In this document: in pieces, positions 22,930 through 34,005 of the stretch | Layout: every line of letters begins with the position of its first letter | Position numbering within the stretch: position 1 is the stretch's first letter | Position numbers and translations under genes: made by a program | Source of the DNA: Iphione sp. A-MEVVRFRX5 | Lineage: Eukaryota | DNA: 64,000 bases | Reading direction: 5' to 3' | NCBI GenBank assembly: GCA_976226885.1 | Contig: OZ320320.1 | Span: 80,352,001 to 80,416,000 of the forward strand | The notes under the pieces: model-generated | Told to the model about the DNA's origin: nothing | Seen by the model: only the letters and a program-made list of their open reading frames with translations | Database searches by the model: none

Positions 22930-25924
22930 AAGACAGGATCAGACGTCCTACCATGGTACATCGACTCTGGTGCTGAAATATCTGTCATGCCAGAGACGCT
23001 CTACAAGATATGTCATATGGTGACATTCGACCCACAAGAAGAATGCTTTTCGCCACAGGTGATAATCCACTGTATACGCTGGGATGTATTCGCATGGAGC
23101 TGAGTAGGGGTAACACTACTATCATCGAAGATATCTATGTAGTGAAAGGTGTCAAATCACTTCTGCTTGGACAGCCTGCGATTGAAAAATTCAGACTTAT
23201 CCCGAACATTCCAGGAGCGTACAGGATCAGGGCTGTGAACAGCGAGATGCTGAAACCTCCTAAGTTGGACACTAAGGAAGACATCAGAAAAGCATATCCA
23301 ACACATTTCACAGGACTTGGGAAGCTCAAGGGTGAGTACACCATTCGCATTCACGACAATGCTAAACCATTCTGTCTCTATACTCCGCGCAGGGTGCCCT
23401 TGCCGCTGATGAAGAAGGTAGAGGACGAAATTGGTAAACTGGTGAAATAAGGAGTCATCAAACAAGTAGATGAACTGACTGACTGGTGTGCACCCATGGT
23501 CATAGTACCAAAACCAAATGGAAACATACGTCTATGTGTGGACTTGACAAATCTCAACGAAGGCATCCATCGTGAACTCTACATAATGAAAAAGGTAGAG
23601 GAGACCCTTGGGAGTATTTCTGGTGGAAAAGTCTTCTCCAAGCTTGATACAAATTCTGGATTCCACCAGGTGGTCCTAACCAACGAAAGCACTAAGCTGA
23701 CGATGTTCATCACCCCGTTTGGAAGGTTTATGTTCCAGAGACTTCCCTATGGTATATCCTCTGCTCCTGAATACTTCCAGAAGACGATGGACAAAGAACT
23801 GACTGGCCTACAAGGTGTGCTATGTCACATGGATGACATCTTTGTGATAGGACGGAACAAAGAAGAATATAACAAGCGACTGGAGAAAGTGCTGAACCGT
23901 CTCAAGGACAGCGGAATCACTCTAAATCCAGACAAGTGCATCTTCTCAACCAACAAACTTCACTACCTTGGTCAGGTGATCAACACTGATGGGATCAGGA
24001 AAGACCCAGCTATCATGGAGATGCCAGAGCCAAAGACGTCCCCGACGTTCAACGATTCTTGGGCATGGTTAATCAACAGATAAAATTCCTGCCAAACCTT
24101 GCCGAAATCACCAAACCAGTCAGAGATCTCTTGAAAAAGGATTCTGAGTGGACATGAGATCTCCCTCAGAAGGAAGCCTTTGAGAGACTGAAGCGAGAGT
24201 TAGCCTCCGACGAGGCTCTTGCTTTGTATGACACGGAGAAAGAAACCATCATTTCTGCAGATGCAAGTAGTTACGGCCTTGGAGCTGTGATCCAACAATG
24301 TCAGGAAGATGAAAAAGTGAAAGCAGTTGCATACGCCAGCAGGTCTATGACAAAGACCGAGTGCAGATATGCACAAATCGAGAAGGAAGCTCTGGCAACC
24401 ACATGGGCACTTGAACATTGGAGTGATCTCCTAATTGGCATGAAGTTCCATGTAGAGACCGACCATAAGCCACTCGTGCCGCGGTGCTCCACCAAGCTGA
24501 TCGATGAACTTCCAGTGAGAATCCAGAGGTTTTGCATGAGGTTAATGAGATTCAACTTCACTATTAGTCATGTGTCTGGGAAGACACTGACTACAGCAGA
24601 TGCTTTGTCGAGAGCGCCTCTCAGTAAAGGGACATTGAACAAAGATGATGAAAATCACAAGGAGGAGGAGCTTCATGAAGAAGCCGACACCTATGTGCAG
24701 GGTGTACTGCTTTGCCTTCCAGCTTCTGACCAGCGCCTCACAGGAATATGCTCAGAACTGAAGAAGGATGAAGTCTTAAAAGTAGTGACGCACCATATCA
24801 AACATGGTTGGCCTGAAAACAGATGCAATGTCTATGGACCGTTAGTCAAGTACTGGAATGAACATGGAAACCTTGCGGTTCATGATGGCCTACTGCTGCA
24901 TGGGAAGCAGCTTGTCATTCCTGCGAGCCTACAAACAGACATGTTGTGACACCTCCACAATGGGCATCAGGGCATCACCAAAACACAGGAGAATGCAAGT
25001 TCATCAGTGTGGTGGCCTGGACTATCAAAAGACATTGAAAAGACCATGAAAAATTGTGTCACTTGTGAAAAATATCCAAAGGAGCGAATTGAGCCAATGA
25101 GAGGAACTGAATTCCCAGAGAGACCATGGTCAAAAGTAGGAGCAGACTTCTTTCATCATAAGGGGTCTATGTATCTACTGATGGTAGACTACTACTCCAG
25201 GGATATTGAGATCTGCTTAGTCATGAAGAATGTGGACACAGCTGAAACCATCAGCAAGATGCAAAGAGCATTTAGTCACCAAGGAACACCGGATATTCTC
25301 TTTAGTGACAATGGTCCACAGTTTTCCTCAGCAGAGTTCAAACAGTTCGCAAAAGACTATGGCTTTGAACATGTCACGTCATCTTTCAAATATGCACAAT
25401 CAAATGGGGAAGTGGAACGTGCTATTCAAACTTTTAAGGCAATCCTGAATAAGACCAATGACGAGTACCTGAGACTTTTATCATACAGGAATACACCATT
25501 GAAAAATGGGTACTCACCAGCACAGCTCAACATGGGACGTAAGCTAAAGTCTTGTGTTCGGTGCCATCCGGATGAGCTCAAGCCACGCATACCTGATGCT
25601 GATCTTGTCAGAAAAAGAGAGAAGGAGTACAGAACACAAATGTGTATGAACTATGATCGTCGCCACAGAGCCACAGAGGCAGATGAACTGTCACCAGGAG
25701 ATAGAGCATGGCCACCCGACCTGCAAACTAAAGAAAAGGTCGTAGGCCGAGCTCATAGTCCAAGGTCATATATCATCTCAACACCAAATGAACTAGTGAG
25801 ACAGAACAGGAGGATGACAAGAAATCTGGGACCTGGACCAAACATACCAGCAAACCCAAGACGTGCTATGACCACTGCTCCACCTGTGGTCCCTCCTAAC
25901 TCACGTCAAGTGGAGATCAAGTGA
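22930..25924 (+). pseudogene. Gypsy pol (protease, RT, RNase H, integrase) with multiple stops and frameshifts
   Basis: IDSGAEIS protease, RLPYGISSAPEYFQ and HMDD RT, ADASSYGLGAV/EKEALA/TDHKPL RNase H, GHQG..CVTC, DFF..SDNGPQF..NGEVER integrase. Confidence 0.92.
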
Positions 25925-26295
25925 GAGACACCCAGTGATCTCCCCAGAAGGAAGTCCTGTGCAAGGCCCTGCGTCACCTATGCCTGACCCGGAGCCTTGT
26001 GCTTCACCAAGAAGATCGATGCGGTCTAGGGCCGCACCGAAGCGACTCATAGAAGAGTGTTGAAAATGCTAATATTTACTCCTTATAACCGTTCTTTAGC
26101 AGATAACTTCTTAGACTCAAGACAATAGTTCGTCTTAGTTTGTAGTTTGTTCCAAACTACCATAACCTTTAAGCAGTAATGACATGGACATTATATATCA
26201 GGCTTAAGAGTTATCATACAAGTAGCTTGAAGTAATAGGCACCTGAAGTAAAGGCCCTAAGCTTAATCTTAGCACCTAACGATGAAGCTTATTTG

Positions 26296-26306
26296 AAAAA
26301 GGGAGA
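26296..26306 (+). promoter_or_regulatory. polypurine tract AAAAAGGGAGA
   Basis: Directly abuts the 3' LTR start TGTT at 26307. Confidence 0.85.
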
Positions 26307-26782
26307 TGTTGTAGATGCCCAGACAGGCCCAGAATGTGTATAAGGCCTAAACAAAAAATATCTGTGTTTCCGGTAACCTGACCGACCCTACATTAGACTC
26401 TATTGTGACTTTTTATTTTTTTCTTGTTTTTTGAATACCTTTGGAATGAATAATGATAGAGACATGTTCTATACACCAAATTGTTCCTTAGGTTTCTGGC
26501 TTTGACATAGGTTTTATTAAAATCTAACCAGTATAAGTAATATTACCATACACATCTGTTGCTTTCAGCATTTTTTTACATTGAAAAAAAAGAAAAACAA
26601 AAAAGCATGTGACCTACCGACCGACCCTGTATTTTTTCAGCCTGTTACCGGAACCACAGAACAGTCAGGGGGCCCTCCAGGAATGGATAAAAAAAGTTGT
26701 CTATAGAATTAAGGTTTAGAAACATGTGTTGTCTCTACTCTGTCTTGACAAACTAGCTGATATTCTAACAAATATTGCAACA
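26307..26782 (+). repeat. Gypsy 3' LTR interrupted by a MITE
   Basis: Aligns to the 5' LTR on either side of 26346-26650. Confidence 0.93.
26343..26660. mobile_element. MITE inserted in the 3' LTR, right end truncated
   Basis: TCTGTGTTTCCGGTAA / TTACCGGAACCACAGA inverted repeats, absent from the 5' LTR. Confidence 0.8.
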
Positions 26783-28602
26783 CATGTCCCATCTAATGAG
26801 CAGCACACTACCAGTTGATCTACTGTGGTATAAGATGGTATCTACATAGACCCAGTGAAGAGTGGTCATACCATGGGCATATAGTCATCTCTCCACCAAA
26901 GAGACATAGGCCGTGTTTCCATGAATGTGGTGGTGCAGAGTATGTGTGGGATGCTTTTCTCAAATAAGCAATGTCCATAATTCACCGCACTCCACTGTGG
27001 AGAAATGTGTGGACATCAGTGGGGCATTAATTGGAGATGGCACTAGGAAAATGCTGGCATTAATTTTGAACATCTATTAAAATCTACGGAAGTTGCATAT
27101 CATTAGCATAAACCCACAAAACATTGGCGAGCACACACTTTAATTGAGACAGTCATCATGGTAAGATGTGGAGAGGATACATTAACATTGATTTCTGTGT
27201 GTGACTTGACTCAGTCCTTTCACTCTAATTGGAACACAGGGCCCACAGCGCAGTTTTCTATGGTGTGGTTCTCTCTTGGGTGGTTCTCTTGGCTTACCCC
27301 AGGGATGTAGAGTTCTTCCACGGGTTATGGCTGGTCTTGTGCACATTTGTGTGCACATGCAGTAAGAGCACATTTGGAAACCCAGCCTCTAGGGCGAACC
27401 TCCTCATACTGTTTTAGGCCTGGTTTCCTTACATGGGGCAATGTCTGTATGCAATTTTGTGCATTGCTGTGTGTTATTATCAGATAAAAGGCAATAAGTG
27501 TGGGGTGTTCAATACCTGTGGGAGCTGTCTGTGTGCGATGCTGCCAGGTGCCCATTGTCAAACCGGGTCTGATAATTCACTGCACACACAGCAATGCACT
27601 GCCATTTTTCACGTTTTTTTTTTACTTTTCCTCACTTTTAATATGATTTATTGACATGTCTGCACATGTCAGACCTTTTCCACACTTTTCCCCGTCATTT
27701 TCCCCATTTTTTGCAGCCTTCATTTTTGTGTAGACTTTATCATCAAATTCGTCCTTTTCCACATTTTTTCCCGACATTTTTTGCAACCTTTAACATCAAA
27801 TTCATCATTTTCCCCATCATTTCACACACACAAACGTACAACTTACAGCTAGCACACATATGGAATACGCATGTGTGGGAGATTGCGGGAGAGTGCATGA
27901 ACACAAAAAATGCATTCCAATGCACACTGCTGCTCTCTCCCACAGGTATGGAAACTGAGCCTTATTCTGTTTCTACCATTTGCCGTCCTGTCAAAACCTA
28001 AACACTGCTACTTGGTAGACATATACCATCTGAGAGACAATGTGAAGTTATACATTGCTATATGTCTGTGATGCTTGGAGTTATCCCTATGCAGTCACTG
28101 TTAGGAATACCTGTGTATTGACCAAGGTGCCGTAAACTCAGTACAATATGGTTCAAGGAGGTAACTCGCTCTATTTGCAATCCTGGGTCTAGTCTTTTCT
28201 AGTCTGTAGTGCGGGTAGGGCGCGACTCCGCAACCCTCTCAGTGCTGCCCCCTATTGTATTAGATATGAACTAAATCCACAGGAGAGGGCGCTGCGGTCG
28301 CCACATAGCAAGTCATGACTCATCGCCTCTGACTTGTTATGCATTTCTGGGCCGGATTTTCATTCGACATTGTCTCCATAATTGGATTATGTCACCATTA
28401 AGGTGTATCGATCCTCCATTATTGGTTATTCCAGACTTGGCGACCTTACTTTATCTTTAGTTAGCTTTTTATCGACCGCGTTCGAACTACGACAGAAGTT
28501 GCGAAGACGGACTACTGCGCATGCCCATCACCAGTGGCGCCAATTTTGAACCAATCCTCTCTCTGTTAAGGTCGATTGAGTGTCGTCTGCTTTTGGAACG
28601 TC

Positions 28603-30168
28603 ATGGCGCATATGCTGGGCCTCGCTTGTTCGTCCGGAGCGACTGCTCTTTCACCATCTCCTGTGCAAGCACAACTACGTGCGGAACATGGCTACTATCG
28701 GCAGATTACCCCACCCATCCGTGAGAACGAAGAAGGTGATCTAGAAATGGATTTCCAGGTAAATCTTAAACGATCTCGGGACGAAGCATCACCCGTCACG
28801 CCCGGTCCAAATGGGGTACCCAAGAAGCGCCCTATGCCTTGTAAACCGGACAACCAAGCACCTACATGTCCGATTACTTTGCCGAAAGTTTCCGAGGCTG
28901 CAGTTCCTGTTCAAGCTCGTCCGACAGTTCCTGCTACACCCTCCACCCCTTCGTCAACGGAGGAGACTCGACCGAAAACGGTGTACTCATCGGTGGATGA
29001 CGTGAGTGTTCGTTTGGCGGAAGCCCTTTCCTTGTCTCGTCAACATGACAAAGTGATAAAAAACATTTCTGCCGCAGTCACTAAGCTCAATGCCTCTATG
29101 GGCTCAGTGGACAATTTTCTTAATGAACATGACCAGCAAATTTATAGTCTCCAAGCTGATTTAGAACAGGCTAGACGTCATGTGTCGATTCTGAAGGAGC
29201 ACACGCTCACCCATGAAAAATATTCACGACGCCTCAACTTGATTTTTGATGGTGTTGAAGTATTGCCGAATGAAAATTCTGATACACTGCGAAGGAAGTT
29301 AGAAGACCTTTTTCGAGATGCTCTTCGTATTCGGGATATCGATTTAGATGTCGCACATCGCCTTGGTCCTGATGATGCCAGAATTCGTCCTGCCATTGCT
29401 CGGTTTCGCTCCCTTCAAGACCGAAATTTGGTCTGGTTTCGTCGAGCGGAGTTACGAAAACAACGTCCGCTGCAGATCTGGATTCGTGAGGACGTTCCCG
29501 TTGAACAACGCGATAGGCTTAACCAACTGCATCGTATTATGAGGGTTGCCAGAAATTCAGGGAACTACACCAGTGTCCGTGTCAAAGACTTTACCATAAT
29601 TATTGACGGTATTACATATGAGTATAACATGCTTGATATGTTGCCACAGGAGCTTCGCCCGATTAATTTAGCTACGGTGTCAGATAATGAAATATATGTC
29701 TTTGCAGGTCCTGCCCACCCACTGTCATTAGAGTATCCTATTCCATTGTTAATGGATGATCGTACATTTGATTCTATGCTTCACTTCTTAGTGGTACGTT
29801 ATGCGCAATGTCTACGCTTCCCCTGGATTGTCCGTAAGGCCGACAGCGCAGAGGGACACCGTGCCCTCTTTCAACTGTTGTATCACTTGAGAGCACAGGA
29901 CACTGACGATCGCAACGAGAAGGATATTTTGATTCCGGCACTGCAACACAAGTACACCACTTGCTCTGACTCTAAAAGAATTCTTTTAGAGACTGGTGAT
30001 AAACGACTGGGGTGGGCCAGTACAAACCGTCATTGGGGGATAGGTCTCCCATTCAGTCATGGTACATTGTTGAACGCGAATTCTTGGACTGGTTCTAATG
30101 TATATGGTACTATTTTGATGGAGATCCGGTCACACTTGAATGCGACACCAGATCCGGCCCGGGAATGA
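28603..30168 (+). CDS. LINE A ORF1p (521 aa): disordered N-terminus, coiled coil, L1-type RRM/CTD, C-terminal NADAR-like domain (~29690-30140)
   Basis: RRLNLIFDG, LDVAHRLG..RPAIARF, IWIRED (L1 ORF1 RRM). YVFAGPAHPLS..F.S..H, LLETGDKRLGWAS.NR.WGIG, W.GSNVYGTILMEIR..L (NADAR). Confidence 0.9.
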   Translation: MAHMLGLACSSGATALSPSPVQAQLRAEHGYYRQITPPIRENEEGDLEMDFQVNLKRSRDEASPVTPGPNGVPKKRPMPCKPDNQAPTCPITLPKVSEAAVPVQARPTVPATPSTPSSTEETRPKTVYSSVDDVSVRLAEALSLSRQHDKVIKNISAAVTKLNASMGSVDNFLNEHDQQIYSLQADLEQARRHVSILKEHTLTHEKYSRRLNLIFDGVEVLPNENSDTLRRKLEDLFRDALRIRDIDLDVAHRLGPDDARIRPAIARFRSLQDRNLVWFRRAELRKQRPLQIWIREDVPVEQRDRLNQLHRIMRVARNSGNYTSVRVKDFTIIIDGITYEYNMLDMLPQELRPINLATVSDNEIYVFAGPAHPLSLEYPIPLLMDDRTFDSMLHFLVVRYAQCLRFPWIVRKADSAEGHRALFQLLYHLRAQDTDDRNEKDILIPALQHKYTTCSDSKRILLETGDKRLGWASTNRHWGIGLPFSHGTLLNANSWTGSNVYGTILMEIRSHLNATPDPARE

Positions 30169-30216
30169 CTTTCTTGAATTAATTACTTCTTCTTTCTCTT
30201 TTTTATTCTGCTCAAT

Positions 30217-33200
30217 ATGTCTCAACATATTAAGGTTTTTTCTTTAAATGTTAGGGGTCTAAGAGACCCCCTTAAACGGAAAGCATTACTGTTATTTCTA
30301 CTTGATCTCAATGCCGATGTAATTTTTTTACAAGACACTCATTGTACTAATGATGTCTTACGGTTTTGGCAATCACAATGGCCTGGCTTTTGGTTCGCTG
30401 CCAACAACACTTCGCACCAAGGTGGAACAGCTATTCTACTCAAGGGTAAAGATCATTCTCGTATTGTATCAGTGCACAAAGATGTTTTAGGACGCTTTAT
30501 ACATGTACAATGTAAATTTCACCTCGGTATCGTACATTTATTATCTGTGTATGCTCCGGTAGAGTCCCAGGCACACAATCAGCTTACATTTTTTCGGACC
30601 CTCCAACAATATCTTTCTCCTTATGTTACTGAATTATGTATCATGGGTGGTGACTTCAATGTAGCTTTACACCCCAAAATTGATAGAAAAAGTATTTCTA
30701 CATCTCGATCCCAATCAAGGGGGGCGAAAGCCTTGCATGCGCTCTTACATTCTTCCCACTTGATAGATGCCTGGAGACAACTACACCCACAAGATCGCCA
30801 ATTCTCTTGGCACGGTCCTGCTCACAGGACGGCCTCCCGTATAGACTATATTTTTATATCCGAGTCCATTCATCCATATTTATTCGAAGCACAGTTCATG
30901 CCTATGGTTCATACGGATCACCATGCAGTCTGTTGTAAAATTAGAGTTCAAGCTCTTAACAGGGGTAAAGGACTCTGGAAATTTAATTCTGCTCTTCTCC
31001 TGGACCAGGAATATTGTGATTGGCTTTCCAATGCCATACCATTATGGTATAGGGAGGCCAAGGACTCCAACCTTGACCCATTAGCTGTGTGGGATTTTAT
31101 AAAGTTTTCTATTGGCAGTCATACAAGAGTATACTCTTCTCACAAATGTCGTAAGCGTCTACAACATAAGAAAACGTTAGAGGCTCAGCTATCCACCCTC
31201 TTTGTTAGATCAGATAGAGGTTCTCATTCTGAATTTGTAACTGACTGTGAAGAGATAAATAAGATACAAGATGAATTAAGAGATATAGAACTTCAACGTG
31301 CAGAGGGAGCCTTATTCAGATCTAGGATGCGTTGGTTGTCCTTGGGCGAGAAACCAACAGGTTTCTTCCTAAAACTGGAAAAAGAAAGAGCCTTGAAACG
31401 CATGGTAGGCTCTGTTGTGAATGATAATGGTACACTACTTACAGATACTCTAGCTATTAACAAGTATCTTTGTGAATATTTCTCCTCTCTATTTCATGGA
31501 AATGGATTTTCGCCATTACCCCCTACTTATCCTCAGCTGGGCCCCCCGGGATGGGAGGAGACTTTCCCTAAGTTGAATGAAACGGATTACGATTATCTGG
31601 AAGCCCTTCCCTCAGAGCACGATTTTTATTTGAGTCTTAAAAGCCTTAACCGGGGAAAGACCCCCGGTAATGACGGCCTCACACCAGAGTTTTACACTCA
31701 TTTTTGGAATGTTCTTAAATCCCCCCTTCATGAGGCTTGGACATATGCGATGCAACAGGGCCATCTAAGTAAATCGCAGTTACAGGCGGTAATTACTCTT
31801 ATCCCTAAAGAAAATAAGGACAGGACTTATGTTTATAATTGGAGGCCTATATCTTTATTAAATACCGATTTTAAGATTTTCGCAGCGGCTCTGGCAAGGA
31901 AATTTCAAAAGATTCTACCTTCCTATATCTCCCCCTTCCAGGTGGGCTTCATGAAATCTCGCTCCATTGACACTTTGCATAGGATATTACGGGACATAAT
32001 ATTTTACTGGAACAAAAGTAAGACCCCCTCCGCTCTACTAGCCTTGGATTTTTCCAAGGCTTTCGATTCTGTTTCATGGGATTTTATTCTTTATTCATTA
32101 CATCTCCTAGGAGTTGGCCCGACAGCTACTGCTATGATCAAATTACTTTATATGAATTCCACTGCGTGCGTCTTAAATGCTGGTTTTACTTCCCCCTATT
32201 TTGAGCTATCTAAGGGGGTCCATCAAGGGTGCCCCCTTTCCCCGCTACTCTTCAATCTTTCTGTGGAAGTGGTCTCACATCTATTACGGAATAATGCAGA
32301 AATTCCTGGTGTCACCATCTCTAGGGAATCATTTCAGTTATTACAATACGCCGACGATATAACGGTCTTTGCCCAAGATCCCCTAGAGATTCAGGCCATT
32401 TTTCAGGTCCTACAAAAATTTGGAGAGGCTTCTGGTATTGTAACCAACCCTCATAAGTCAGTTGGTGTTCCTTTCAACAAGTTCAACACTTCTCAATGTA
32501 ATGTCACACTCACATGGAATACACAGGTCAAGATCCTTGGTATTTGGTATTTTACTTCACTGACGGAGGACCTCCAATATGTTTATAATTTTGCCCCAGC
32601 CCTTAAGCGTTGTAGAAAAGTATGTAATGCTTGGGCTCCCCGTCAGTTATCTTTAAAAGGACGTATTACTGTTATAAATTCTTTGGTAATACCAATTTTA
32701 CAATATTTTGTCTTCAACTGTTCGGTTCCCATGAAGGTCTTCAAGGAATATGACACCTTGATTTTTAACTTTGTATGGGCTGGTAAAAGATCTAAAATAC
32801 AAAGAGAGGTCCTGTATGGAGATGTACCACAGGGTGGGTTAAAGTTGGCGTCCCTGTGGTACCGAACCTTAGCCAACCGTTTCAGGTTTATCGGCCAATT
32901 GGCCGACGTTCATGTATTGGGGCGGGAATTAGCACAATTTGGTCTAAACACTGACAATCTTTATGAATTTTTCTCTTCTAAGTGGTATACGTCGGTGTAT
33001 CATATACAACATACCTTTTATAAGAGCATGTGTAGTTGGTGGTTCAAATATCATCATAAGCCTGCCACTTGTCCTGATTCAATTTTATCAGAAAACCTTT
33101 GGTCTAACCACTTTGTAAGAAGAATTTCTGTACAACCTTTAAGAATTTATGCGTTACGTCAGGGTATTACTCAAGTTGGTCATATATTAAACCCGGATGG

Positions 33201-34005
33201 TTCTTGGAAGACCTTAGGGGAGTTGAATGATCGACACGCTTCGCATTTAACACAGACCCATTTGGAAGAATTACGTCAGATCGTTCCCCCACAGTATCTA
33301 CACATAGTTTCTTTAATACAGGAGCGTTTTATTGAGAAGGCGATTTTTCTACCTCTTTTTGAAAAAGATTACGACATTACAACACTCTCTTCCAAAAGTA
33401 TATACTCTCTTCTTATCACGGATATGATTCCACCTCCTAAGGCTATTTCCAAATGGGACTCTGTATATGAACAACCTTTACCAGCTGGGGTGGAATGGCC
33501 AGCTGCATTTCAAATGGCATTTAAAGCAGTTTGCTCGCCCAAACTACAATCCTTTCAGTACAAACTGATTCAACGAATCCTACCCTGTAAAACTTACCTG
33601 AAGCAAATAAGGATAACTAACTCCTCACAATGTTCTTTTTGCTCAGATGAGGATACTCTGGAGCATTATTTTATATGGTGTCAAGACACACATAAATTAT
33701 GGAAAATTGTTCTCCGTTGGTGGGATGATTGTATGAATACTAGTACTGCATCTCTGTCTGTATCCGAATTCCTGTTTGGTATCCCGCCTAATGCTCCTCA
33801 TGCATGGTTGTTCAATGCAATTTTAATTCTCACGAAATTTTTCATTTTAAAACAGAAGTCATATCACAATGGTCTATTGCATTTTCGTATTTTAAAATCA
33901 GATATACTATTATATGCTCGACTCTCTTCTTACGTAGTTCAATCCCGCCGTCGAAAACTCTGGCTTTTTGTACTGAATCACCTAAGTTCTTATGAAGACG
34001 AATGA
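30217..34005 (+). CDS. LINE A ORF2p (1262 aa): APE endonuclease, RT, CCHC knuckle
   Basis: SLNVRG, LQDTH, GDFN, SRIDY, HTDH; KTPGNDG, WRPISLLN, LDFSKAFD, QGCPLSP, YADD; CSFC..EDTLEHYFIWC. Confidence 0.97.
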   Translation: MSQHIKVFSLNVRGLRDPLKRKALLLFLLDLNADVIFLQDTHCTNDVLRFWQSQWPGFWFAANNTSHQGGTAILLKGKDHSRIVSVHKDVLGRFIHVQCKFHLGIVHLLSVYAPVESQAHNQLTFFRTLQQYLSPYVTELCIMGGDFNVALHPKIDRKSISTSRSQSRGAKALHALLHSSHLIDAWRQLHPQDRQFSWHGPAHRTASRIDYIFISESIHPYLFEAQFMPMVHTDHHAVCCKIRVQALNRGKGLWKFNSALLLDQEYCDWLSNAIPLWYREAKDSNLDPLAVWDFIKFSIGSHTRVYSSHKCRKRLQHKKTLEAQLSTLFVRSDRGSHSEFVTDCEEINKIQDELRDIELQRAEGALFRSRMRWLSLGEKPTGFFLKLEKERALKRMVGSVVNDNGTLLTDTLAINKYLCEYFSSLFHGNGFSPLPPTYPQLGPPGWEETFPKLNETDYDYLEALPSEHDFYLSLKSLNRGKTPGNDGLTPEFYTHFWNVLKSPLHEAWTYAMQQGHLSKSQLQAVITLIPKENKDRTYVYNWRPISLLNTDFKIFAAALARKFQKILPSYISPFQVGFMKSRSIDTLHRILRDIIFYWNKSKTPSALLALDFSKAFDSVSWDFILYSLHLLGVGPTATAMIKLLYMNSTACVLNAGFTSPYFELSKGVHQGCPLSPLLFNLSVEVVSHLLRNNAEIPGVTISRESFQLLQYADDITVFAQDPLEIQAIFQVLQKFGEASGIVTNPHKSVGVPFNKFNTSQCNVTLTWNTQVKILGIWYFTSLTEDLQYVYNFAPALKRCRKVCNAWAPRQLSLKGRITVINSLVIPILQYFVFNCSVPMKVFKEYDTLIFNFVWAGKRSKIQREVLYGDVPQGGLKLASLWYRTLANRFRFIGQLADVHVLGRELAQFGLNTDNLYEFFSSKWYTSVYHIQHTFYKSMCSWWFKYHHKPATCPDSILSENLWSNHFVRRISVQPLRIYALRQGITQVGHILNPDGSWKTLGELNDRHASHLTQTHLEELRQIVPPQYLHIVSLIQERFIEKAIFLPLFEKDYDITTLSSKSIYSLLITDMIPPPKAISKWDSVYEQPLPAGVEWPAAFQMAFKAVCSPKLQSFQYKLIQRILPCKTYLKQIRITNSSQCSFCSDEDTLEHYFIWCQDTHKLWKIVLRWWDDCMNTSTASLSVSEFLFGIPPNAPHAWLFNAILILTKFFILKQKSYHNGLLHFRILKSDILLYARLSSYVVQSRRRKLWLFVLNHLSSYEDE

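Larger units (their letters stand above)
19195..26782 (+). mobile_element. Ty3/Gypsy LTR retrotransposon, decayed, with a nested Crypton and a MITE
   Basis: TG..CA LTRs, perfect 5-bp TSD CATGT (19190-19194 and 26783-26787), PBS, PPT, and gag-PR-RT-RH-IN domain order. Confidence 0.95.

Noticed and set aside
26909-27961. Possible PIF/Harbinger-like element (GGCC.TGTTTCCAT / ATGGAAACTGAGCC ends)
   Set aside because: TIR match is only ~16/22, the TSD disagrees (ATA vs TTA), and no transposase was recognisable.
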